From NCBI GenBank assembly GCA_913050005.1, contig CAJXBI010000001.1, forward strand, positions 90,748-154,747: a stretch of DNA of 64,000 nucleotides, read 5' to 3'. This DNA is from an uncultured Bacteroidota bacterium. GTDB lineage: Bacteria > Bacteroidota > Bacteroidia > NS11-12g > UBA9320. Each line of letters begins with the position of its first letter. The first letter of the stretch is position 1. This document shows positions 19,986 to 27,708 of the stretch, one piece after another. The notes beneath the pieces were generated by a model that made no database searches, had not been told where the DNA came from, and saw only the letters and a list, made by a program, of their open reading frames with translations. A program made the translations under genes and the position numbers.

Positions 19986-21203
19986 TTAATTTGCTGTTCT
20001 TAATGTTTCAGATGGGTTTAATTTCAATGCCTTAATGGCCGGATATATCGATGATAAAATTGCTGTTAAAATTACCATTATACTAATAATGTAGTAAAAA
20101 CTATTCTCAACGTAGGGATAAATTGTACTTTCAATACCTACACTTTTTAATCCTGATGCAGCAAACGATAAATCAATTCCTTTTTTTGCAAATATGCTTA
20201 TCGCGACATAGGAGCAGACAAGGCCTAATGGTCCAGACAATAGTGCCAAAAAAATAGACTCCCATATAATCATTCCAAAGACTTTTCTCTTGTTCATTCC
20301 AATAGACAATAACATACCTAGTTCTTTTTTTCTTTCCAGTACTGCCATTAACATGGTATTGATTATACCAAATGCAAGAGCAAGCATAATGATTATGAGG
20401 AATATGATTAAAATCAGGTTCATCATCTTGTCAGCGTAACCCAATTCGGGTGCTATGCCTCTCCAACTATCAATTTGGTGATTAGGAAAATTTTCAATTA
20501 ATTTTTTTCGGAATGATTCGACATTGGATTCATTCTCAAGTTTTATGGCAATTTCATGGATTCCAGACAATTGATTGTAGGACTTTAGGTCTTCTGCTTT
20601 CACAAATGCATTGACCTCATCATACAATGAATTATTTGTCTGGAAAATATCAATTACCTTGAAGAGACAAACAGCAGGTTCTCCTTTCGAATTAACAAAT
20701 GAGCATTGAACTGTTGTATTAATTTTAGCATTTAGTTTAGTAGATAAAATTTGGCTAAGTATGATGGGTGGTTTTCTTTTATAATCTTGGAAATAGTTAC
20801 CCTTTTTTAATTTTTGGTATATACGAGTTACACTTTTTTCTTGATCAGGTGTAATACCGTTTAGGATGACGCCGCTTGTTCCTCCCGCACTTTGAATAAA
20901 ACTCTCAGCTTTTATTCTTGTACTGATCCCACTTACCAATTGAGATAAATTTAAGAAGGAGAGTATATCAGTTTTTTGATTAATGGTATCATTTGTTCTT
21001 GCGTATTGAAGAAAGTTGGTATCATGTATTTGTATATGGCTAATATATGTTTCTATGGCATTATTCTGCCTCATTTTACTCAATCCAGTAGCTGTACTGA
21101 TAACCGCTAATCCTCCAAAAATTCCGAGTGAAATAGCAATAATAACAGTCCAACTTCTTAAACTATTTCTCCAAATATTTTTAAATGCAATCTTTATAAT
21201 CAT
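19986..21203 (-). CDS. ABC transporter permease, FtsX/MacB-type (LolC/E-like)
   Basis: 405 aa: one N-terminal TM, a large periplasmic domain, and three C-terminal TM helices. Confidence 0.75.
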   Translation of the reverse strand: MIIKIAFKNIWRNSLRSWTVIIAISLGIFGGLAVISTATGLSKMRQNNAIETYISHIQIHDTNFLQYARTNDTINQKTDILSFLNLSQLVSGISTRIKAESFIQSAGGTSGVILNGITPDQEKSVTRIYQKLKKGNYFQDYKRKPPIILSQILSTKLNAKINTTVQCSFVNSKGEPAVCLFKVIDIFQTNNSLYDEVNAFVKAEDLKSYNQLSGIHEIAIKLENESNVESFRKKLIENFPNHQIDSWRGIAPELGYADKMMNLILIIFLIIIMLALAFGIINTMLMAVLERKKELGMLLSIGMNKRKVFGMIIWESIFLALLSGPLGLVCSYVAISIFAKKGIDLSFAASGLKSVGIESTIYPYVENSFYYIISIMVILTAILSSIYPAIKALKLNPSETLRTAN

Positions 21204-22408
21204 GCTCGCATTGCTTTGGTAGGTTGAATATTTTTAATTTTAATGAGTGTGTAAAGATTTACAACAAGTGTGATTGTGAAAACAATTATAGCTTGGGTCA
21301 GGCTAATCCATGGATCAAGCGATGTTGGTATGATGGCTTCAAACCCGAATTGTTCGACAACTTCTTGCATTTGGCCACTTAAATTGATAGGAAAAAAATG
21401 AAAATAAGTAACCACAGGAATTACACATATTAACCCTAAAATCACTCCTGCTACTGACATGATAAGTGTTTCGTACAAGGAAATGCGAGTAATTATTGAT
21501 TTTCTCATCCCAATAGCCACAAGAACACCAAATTCAAAATTTCGTTCTTCAGCCAACATAAGTACAGTCCCAAACAAGCTGAATGTCAGGATGCTATATA
21601 AAATAATTAAAACAAAAGTACCTCCAGCACGGTCTACATCAATGAGCTGTTTAAGTTCAGGTAGCATTTGTTGCCAATTCATGACCTCAAATTTGGAACT
21701 ATCTAGTTGATTAGAAATACTTTTTTCCGTCTTTTCCCATTTTTCATTTTTTGGACCAATAATAGCACTTGAAGCCATATGATATATCCCAAAGAAATCT
21801 TGGGCATTATTAAGACTCATGATTACAGATCGCTTATTTAAATCAGGAGTTTTCAAATCTACTATTCCTACCACTGGATATATACCAGATGCTATCGAGC
21901 CCTGAAATCCTTGGCTTAAGAAAATAAGTGAATCTCCAATAGTAATGTTCATTATTTTCTGTAACCCTTTTCCAATTAAAATTCCATTGCTTTCATTATA
22001 TAAGAAAGAACCATCTATTAAACTATTTTTAATTTGAGCTTGCTCACTTTTTGCGGTTTGATTTATCCCAAGTATCACAACAGGTTTTGACTCCTTCTCA
22101 TGAGAAGCAAGAGCAAACCCCTCAACTCTATGATTGATATATGCTAATGTTGGATCATTATTTAGAGAATCTAAATCTTTAATATAATAACTGTTGTCAA
22201 TTGTTTTTTCTTTCCAAAAACCTTTGTAATGAATTTGAATATATCCTAAGTAATTTCCAACTATATTTTTAAGCATATTATCGTATGCACCATTTTGAAG
22301 GCTTCTCATGGTCACTGAAAAAATTACAGCAAAAATGATTGAGGAGATTGTAATTATACTCCTACGTTTATTCCTAAAAATGTTCCTCCAAGCGAGTTTA
22401 AACTCCAT
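21200..22408 (-). CDS. ABC transporter permease, FtsX/MacB-type (LolC/E-like), second copy
   Basis: Same architecture as the neighbouring permease. I prefer the ATG at 22408 (MEFKLAWRNIFRNKRR) over the TTG at 22423. 4-nt overlap with the downstream permease. Confidence 0.7.
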   Translation of the reverse strand: MEFKLAWRNIFRNKRRSIITISSIIFAVIFSVTMRSLQNGAYDNMLKNIVGNYLGYIQIHYKGFWKEKTIDNSYYIKDLDSLNNDPTLAYINHRVEGFALASHEKESKPVVILGINQTAKSEQAQIKNSLIDGSFLYNESNGILIGKGLQKIMNITIGDSLIFLSQGFQGSIASGIYPVVGIVDLKTPDLNKRSVIMSLNNAQDFFGIYHMASSAIIGPKNEKWEKTEKSISNQLDSSKFEVMNWQQMLPELKQLIDVDRAGGTFVLIILYSILTFSLFGTVLMLAEERNFEFGVLVAIGMRKSIITRISLYETLIMSVAGVILGLICVIPVVTYFHFFPINLSGQMQEVVEQFGFEAIIPTSLDPWISLTQAIIVFTITLVVNLYTLIKIKNIQPTKAMRA

Positions 22409-22459
22409 GTTATTGAATAACAAATTTTAAGGGTATTAGATTTAGGTTTTCAGATTTAG

Positions 22460-24061
22460 TTAGTTAATAGTTTGTATCCTTTCTATCATATCACCTACCT
22501 CAATCTTATGAACAATATCCATGCCTTTAATTACTCGTCCAAAAGCGGTATATCTTCCATCCAGATGAGGCGTTGGGCAATGTGTTATAAAAAATTGAAC
22601 CCCTTCTGTGTCTTTACCAGCTGAAGCAATACCAATCGTTCCAGTTTCGAAAGAGTTGTAGTGACTAAATTCACTGCGTTGAGTCCAATTAAAACTTCCC
22701 CAGCCGTCACCTCTTGGGCATCCACCTTGTATAACAAATTGGGGTACTACACGATGAAAGTATTTATTGTTATAATAGTTTTGGTTAATTAGTTTTATAA
22801 GATTAGATACAGTTCCAGGTGCATCATCTACAAATAGTTGAAGTGTTATTAATCCTTTATTTGTTTGAATATTGACCTCTTGGTTTGAGGGTATCGTTTT
22901 TACAAATTCCCAATCAATGGGGTGATTGTATTTTGGTTCAAAAGGCTTTATCTTTTCCCCACTAAGTTTCGCAATAGCTTTATTCAAGTCAATATAGGTT
23001 TCGGTTTGTCTTGGAAGTTCTAATTTTAGAATTGCTCCTTGACATAATTCTAAAATTTCAGTTTGCTTGTCTACTGACAATTTATTTTTATCAGCTATTT
23101 CAAAAATTTGATATGACGCAAGACTCTGAAGTGCCATATTTGATTTTTTGAGTACTTGAATTACCATATCCCATTTGTCAGATGGATATAACTCACAATA
23201 TTTTACAAATGCTTCATTTTTTATAGAATGATGAATAGAGTCGCTTAAAAATTGATTTCGAAGAAAATTTGTAGCATCACCACCTGATATCTGCTTTATC
23301 ATTTGAGATTTGTTATAATCATCTTCGGTTAGATAACTTGAAAGCCATTTTGAATTGAAAGTTTGTTTTTGAGGTTGATTATTAATGCTTTTTAATTGAT
23401 TTTTAACAGAATTATATGGGGTTATGTTTACCAATGAATCCAATGAACTATTTTTTTGATTTTTTGAAATCATTCTTTTTACACATGCTCCTGCAATTGA
23501 GGCAATGGTTTCGTAAGGATCATTTAGAAGTTGGATCACACGTTCATTAATCTTATCAGAATAATATCCTTTTTGACTCAGTCTTAAAACTCCGTATGTC
23601 CAACCTAGACGGATAGAACTATCTTGATACGATGTATTTTCAAAAATTTCAAGTGTGGAAGAATCTCCACATTTTCCAATTGCTTCAATAATATATCTTC
23701 GGTTATCATTGAAGAGTTCTCCATCAAATGCTGATTTTAATAATGGAAGTGCTGATGAATGACAAATTTGACCTAATGCAAAAGCTGCTGCTCTTCTTGG
23801 CATTGGATCTTGGTCGATTTGAAGCATTTGATTTAGGTAAGGAATAGATAATGTGTCTTGAATACTAGCAAAGGCTAATGCTGCTGCAATACGATGCTCT
23901 TCTTTTTTAGCTTTCAAAAAAGGAAGTAGAGCCTTAACATCTCTTTTATCCTGCAACTCATAAATCTGAATTAACTCATTATCAGAAAATTTATTTTTTG
24001 ATATTTCGTCTGTTTTGGAGCATCCTAGTATAAATAGTATAATCAAAAAATAGTACTTCAT
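22460..24061 (-). CDS. Lipoprotein with N-terminal HEAT-like repeats and C-terminal cyclophilin-type peptidyl-prolyl isomerase
   Basis: Lipobox LGCSK. Cyclophilin motif HRVVPQFVIQGGCPRGDGWGS. Confidence 0.75.
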   Translation of the reverse strand: MKYYFLIILFILGCSKTDEISKNKFSDNELIQIYELQDKRDVKALLPFLKAKKEEHRIAAALAFASIQDTLSIPYLNQMLQIDQDPMPRRAAAFALGQICHSSALPLLKSAFDGELFNDNRRYIIEAIGKCGDSSTLEIFENTSYQDSSIRLGWTYGVLRLSQKGYYSDKINERVIQLLNDPYETIASIAGACVKRMISKNQKNSSLDSLVNITPYNSVKNQLKSINNQPQKQTFNSKWLSSYLTEDDYNKSQMIKQISGGDATNFLRNQFLSDSIHHSIKNEAFVKYCELYPSDKWDMVIQVLKKSNMALQSLASYQIFEIADKNKLSVDKQTEILELCQGAILKLELPRQTETYIDLNKAIAKLSGEKIKPFEPKYNHPIDWEFVKTIPSNQEVNIQTNKGLITLQLFVDDAPGTVSNLIKLINQNYYNNKYFHRVVPQFVIQGGCPRGDGWGSFNWTQRSEFSHYNSFETGTIGIASAGKDTEGVQFFITHCPTPHLDGRYTAFGRVIKGMDIVHKIEVGDMIERIQTIN

Positions 24062-24067
24062 GAACTA

Positions 24068-24075
24068 CAAAGTTA
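24068..24075 (-). promoter_or_regulatory. -7 promoter box TAACTTTG upstream of cyclophilin gene
   Basis: Exact TAnnTTTG, 6 nt from the ATG. Confidence 0.45.
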
Positions 24076-24148
24076 CATATTCGGTGGACTATGATGCTTC
24101 TCTATATCTGAAACAATTTTCATATAGCTAAACATTGTATTTGGTTTC

Positions 24149-24156
24149 TATCTTTG
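24149..24156 (+). promoter_or_regulatory. -7 promoter box TATCTTTG upstream of thioredoxin gene
   Basis: Exact TAnnTTTG, 4 nt from the ATG at 24161. Confidence 0.45.
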
Positions 24157-24160
24157 CACT

Positions 24161-24478
24161 ATGTCAGTTAAAGAATGTGTAGATAAAGATTTTAGTGATT
24201 CGCTATCAACCAATGATAAAGTTGTTGTTAAATACTTTGCAAATTGGTGTGGAAGTTGCAAGTTATTTTCTCCTAAATACAAACGTTTGTCAAATGATGA
24301 TCGATTTTCAGATGTGGCATTTTTGGATGTGAATGCAGAGGATAATCCTTTAGCTAGAAAGTTAGGAGGAGTTGATAATCTTCCCTTTTTTGCAGTATTC
24401 AAAAATGGTGAGCTAGTCGAGGGTGTTGCTACGAGCAAGGAAGATAAACTTGTTGAAATGTTAAATTCAATAGCATGA
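24161..24478 (+). CDS. Thioredoxin-family protein
   Basis: WCGSCK active-site motif, 105 aa. Confidence 0.8.
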   Translation: MSVKECVDKDFSDSLSTNDKVVVKYFANWCGSCKLFSPKYKRLSNDDRFSDVAFLDVNAEDNPLARKLGGVDNLPFFAVFKNGELVEGVATSKEDKLVEMLNSIA

Positions 24479-24717
24479 AAATTGGAGTGATTAAAAAACT
24501 AGCTGAGAATTTATCAATGGATGAATTGCTAGCAGCTGAAGAAGCACTTTATAACGATTTGTCTACTCCAACACCTATAGATGGTGATAATGAGGGAGAA
24601 CAATTAACTCATGTGCTTGCCGCTATATTTATCCAAGAATATGTTGAGGAAAATAATTCAGATATAAAAACAGCTTTGAGAGAGTATGCAATTAAAGTGA
24701 GAAAAAGTATATCCTAG
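24475..24717 (+). CDS. Small acidic hypothetical protein, translationally coupled to thioredoxin
   Basis: 80-aa ORF with an ATGA overlap on the thioredoxin stop, followed by a strong terminator. Confidence 0.5.
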   Translation: MKIGVIKKLAENLSMDELLAAEEALYNDLSTPTPIDGDNEGEQLTHVLAAIFIQEYVEENNSDIKTALREYAIKVRKSIS

Positions 24718-24730
24718 GATATAATATTGC

Positions 24731-24763
24731 AAAAAAAAGGCAGTCTATGAACTGCCTTTTTTG
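24731..24763. terminator. Bidirectional rho-independent terminator
   Basis: Stem AAGGCAGT/ACTGCCTT (24737-24744 / 24751-24758) with a 6-nt loop, A-run upstream and T-run downstream, between convergent genes. Confidence 0.75.
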
Positions 24764-24775
24764 ATTATCGATAGA

Positions 24776-25408
24776 TTAGTTATTAGCAAGGTATTCAGCA
24801 ACACTGTCAAAGTTTTCAGTTAATGCTTCTTTTCCTTTTTCCCAGTTTGCAGGACATACTTCACCATGCGTTTCATGATGGATTAAAGTATCTAACATAC
24901 GAATTGCTTCATCTACATTTCTACCAAGTGGTAAATCATTGACCAATTGATGTCTTACAATTCCATCTTTATCAATTAAGAAAAGAGCTCGGAATGCAAT
25001 CATAGGGCCGTCTGTGATAAGTTCATTATTCTCGTTGTAGTCATAATCACCAAAAAGAACGCCATAATTTGTGGTTATCGTTTTTGTTGTATCAGCAATA
25101 ATCGGATAATTTACACCTTCAATTCCTCCATTTTCCTTGGCTACTTGCAACCAACCCCAATGGCTTTCAACCGTATCAGTAGAACATGCAATTACTTTAC
25201 AACCTCGTTCTTCAAATTCAGCTAACTTTTCTTGAAAAGCGTGTAATTCTGTTGGACATACAAATGTGAAATCTTTGGGATAAAAGAAAAGGATTACGTG
25301 ATTTTTCCCTTCGTATTGATCTAACGAGAAATTTTCTACAAGTTCTTCTCCGTTAATTACTGCTCCGGCACTAAAATGGGGGGCTTTTTTTCCTACAAGT
25401 ACTGACAT
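24776..25408 (-). CDS. Typical 2-Cys peroxiredoxin (AhpC/Tsa family)
   Basis: FTFVCPTE peroxidatic and EVCPANW resolving motifs. I prefer the ATG at 25408 because the TTG at 25432 lies inside the -7 box. Confidence 0.85.
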   Translation of the reverse strand: MSVLVGKKAPHFSAGAVINGEELVENFSLDQYEGKNHVILFFYPKDFTFVCPTELHAFQEKLAEFEERGCKVIACSTDTVESHWGWLQVAKENGGIEGVNYPIIADTTKTITTNYGVLFGDYDYNENNELITDGPMIAFRALFLIDKDGIVRHQLVNDLPLGRNVDEAIRMLDTLIHHETHGEVCPANWEKGKEALTENFDSVAEYLANN

Positions 25409-25429
25409 ATGTGTTTTTATAAATTTATG

Positions 25430-25437
25430 CAAAGATA
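25430..25437 (-). promoter_or_regulatory. -7 promoter box TATCTTTG upstream of peroxiredoxin
   Basis: Exact TAnnTTTG, 21 nt upstream of the ATG at 25408. Confidence 0.5.
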
Positions 25438-25508
25438 AGACTAGATTTTCAGATGTTTATTTTGATTTCGAATATCTTTATAGATATTTCTAATCGGACA
25501 AGAATAGA

Positions 25509-26015
25509 TTATTGTTTACCGTAGTAATTTTTGTATTCTTTAGCTTTTTCAACATATACCAAAGCATTTTTTTTGATTTTTTCTTCTTCGATATTTGTTA
25601 TTTTTCTTATAATTTTTGCAGGAGAACCTAGGACTAAGGAGTTAGGGGGTATTTCCATTCCTGATGTAACTAATGAGTTAGCACCAATGATTGAAAACAC
25701 TCCAATTTTAGCGTCATTTAATATTGTTGCATTCATTCCTATAAGAACATGATCAGATAATTGAGCACCATGAACTATTGCTCCATGTCCAATGATACAG
25801 GATTTCCCAATTATGGCAGGTTTTCCTGGGTCGCAATGGATTACTGCATTATCCTGAATATTTGTTTGAGAGCCAATAGAAATACTGTCACTATCTCCTC
25901 TAATAATAGCTCCGAACCAAATACTTACATTATCGTGTAATTTAACGTTACCAATAACTGTAGCAGTGGGTGCTATGAAAACATTTTCACTTTGATTAAT
26001 CTGATCTAAATTCAT
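25509..26015 (-). CDS. Gamma-carbonic-anhydrase-like / left-handed beta-helix (hexapeptide repeat) protein
   Basis: Hexapeptide repeats throughout, 168 aa, YrdA/PaaY-like. Confidence 0.7.
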   Translation of the reverse strand: MNLDQINQSENVFIAPTATVIGNVKLHDNVSIWFGAIIRGDSDSISIGSQTNIQDNAVIHCDPGKPAIIGKSCIIGHGAIVHGAQLSDHVLIGMNATILNDAKIGVFSIIGANSLVTSGMEIPPNSLVLGSPAKIIRKITNIEEEKIKKNALVYVEKAKEYKNYYGKQ

Positions 26016-26734
26016 TCAATACGAATAGCTGTTTGGTAATAGTTATTGACCTCACCTAAAACAGTGTAATTAATGTAGTATGATTCTACCCATAATTTGA
26101 AAGCTTTGAATTCGTGCAAGGGAACATTGAATTCATCAAAAAATAAAATATCCCCTTTTTTTAAGAATGGGTTTAATGTGGTAAGAACAAACAAAGTAGA
26201 ATTAAATAAATCTGCATCAATATGAATAACAATTTTTCGATTTGAGGAGTATTCTTTTAAAAAAAAAGGTAAGGTTGTTTGAAATAGCCCTTGATAGAAT
26301 GAGTGCCGATTTCCTTTAATAATTGGAGGAGTATTATCATTGGACATAGCTCCTTTCTTGAATGGTCCCCAATCTTCGGGTAGGCCAGTGAATGTATCAA
26401 AACCATAAAACAGGGCACTTTTATTTTTTATTTTATTTATCCACCATTTGAATGAACTACCTTGAGCGACTCCAAATTCTAAATAATCAATTTCGGCGTC
26501 AAGATTTTCGCTGTTAATAATAAAGTCAAATAATTCATAACGATTGTTATAGTCAAATCCTGAATATGGATAGCTGCTAAATGGAACATTCTTATTTAAA
26601 TTAATCCATTGAGATGCCTTTGAAAGGTAACTTAGAGTCTCTAATGCGTCAGAAGGTAAAAACTTATGAATATTGAACCGATACAAAATTCGTTTGAGGT
26701 ATCTATTGATCCGTATCTGACTTTTCATTTTCAA
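26012..26734 (-). CDS. Class I SAM-dependent methyltransferase (TylF/Methyltransf_24-like)
   Basis: EFGVAQGSS and GFDTFTGLPEDW motifs. 4-nt overlap with the downstream LbH gene. Confidence 0.5.
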   Translation of the reverse strand: MKMKSQIRINRYLKRILYRFNIHKFLPSDALETLSYLSKASQWINLNKNVPFSSYPYSGFDYNNRYELFDFIINSENLDAEIDYLEFGVAQGSSFKWWINKIKNKSALFYGFDTFTGLPEDWGPFKKGAMSNDNTPPIIKGNRHSFYQGLFQTTLPFFLKEYSSNRKIVIHIDADLFNSTLFVLTTLNPFLKKGDILFFDEFNVPLHEFKAFKLWVESYYINYTVLGEVNNYYQTAIRIE

Positions 26735-26802
26735 TTAGGAGATAAATTTATATGATTTGGATAGTAATCATCTTAATGCGAATATAAACTTATGCATCAA
26801 AA

Positions 26803-27660
26803 TTATCTTTTGCGTTTCCAACGTTTGTGTGTCCATAACCAAAATTCAGGTTGTGTATTTATTTGATTTTCAAGCTTAGATGTGTGCATCTCTGTAATTT
26901 CTCCATTCTCAGTATCTTGAGGATTTTCTGTTAATACAGACAACTTAGCAGAATAAATACCTCTTTTCCGCTTATTTATTGAGCAAAAAACAACAGGTAA
27001 GTTATATTTTTTTGAAAATCGTTCAGTGCCTAATGCAACAGCAGTATCCTGATTAAGAAAATTAGTCCAATGAATATTTTTACTATATGTTGGGCTCTGA
27101 TCAGCACCAAATATGGTCATTCTGGGAGTTTTATTTTTTTTAATAAAATTACTAGTTACCTCTCTTGTGTTAATCATTTTTAATCCAAATTTACTCCTTG
27201 ACGACTTCATTTTGTCATCAAAAAAGGGGTTACTTAATTTAGTGTAAATTCCAATACAGTCGTGAGGTACAATTTGATTGATGCCAACAGCTAATATTTC
27301 CCAATTATTATAATGACCTCCAACTAAGATTACATCTCTACCTTGATCAAAATAAGTTTGTAGAATTTCAGGATTCTCTATTGAAAATCTATAATCTATC
27401 TGTTTTTGTGTTATACTAAACAATTTAATGCTTTCGACAATGATATCACTCAGATGAGTATAAAATTTTCTAGCTATTGTGTTTAGTTCTTTTTTATCTT
27501 TTTGAGGAAAAGAGTTCTTAATATTTTTAGTAACTGTTTTCTTTCGATATGGAATGATATAAAAGAATAAGAACGAAATTATGTTCGATATACCATAAAT
27601 AATAGGATAGGGTAAAAGTGATATTGGTTTAATAATGAGGTAAAAAATAACTTTGCTCAC
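26803..27660 (-). CDS. Lysophospholipid / lipid A (LpxL/HtrB-like) acyltransferase family protein
   Basis: N-terminal TM, GGHYNNWE (HX4E-type) motif, 285 aa. GTG start. Confidence 0.6.
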   Translation of the reverse strand: MSKVIFYLIIKPISLLPYPIIYGISNIISFLFFYIIPYRKKTVTKNIKNSFPQKDKKELNTIARKFYTHLSDIIVESIKLFSITQKQIDYRFSIENPEILQTYFDQGRDVILVGGHYNNWEILAVGINQIVPHDCIGIYTKLSNPFFDDKMKSSRSKFGLKMINTREVTSNFIKKNKTPRMTIFGADQSPTYSKNIHWTNFLNQDTAVALGTERFSKKYNLPVVFCSINKRKRGIYSAKLSVLTENPQDTENGEITEMHTSKLENQINTQPEFWLWTHKRWKRKR

Positions 27661-27664
27661 AATG

Positions 27665-27672
27665 CAAAAATA
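27665..27672 (-). promoter_or_regulatory. -7 promoter box TATTTTTG upstream of acyltransferase gene
   Basis: Exact TAnnTTTG, 4 nt from the GTG start. Confidence 0.35.
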
Positions 27673-27708
27673 AAAATATATATAAGTGGTTTAACTCAGT
27701 CACATGAA

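Noticed and set aside
24148-24438. 96-aa ORF antisense to the thioredoxin gene.
   Set aside because: It lies entirely within the well-supported thioredoxin CDS on the opposite strand. Its composition is Ser/Leu-rich and it has no promoter box.
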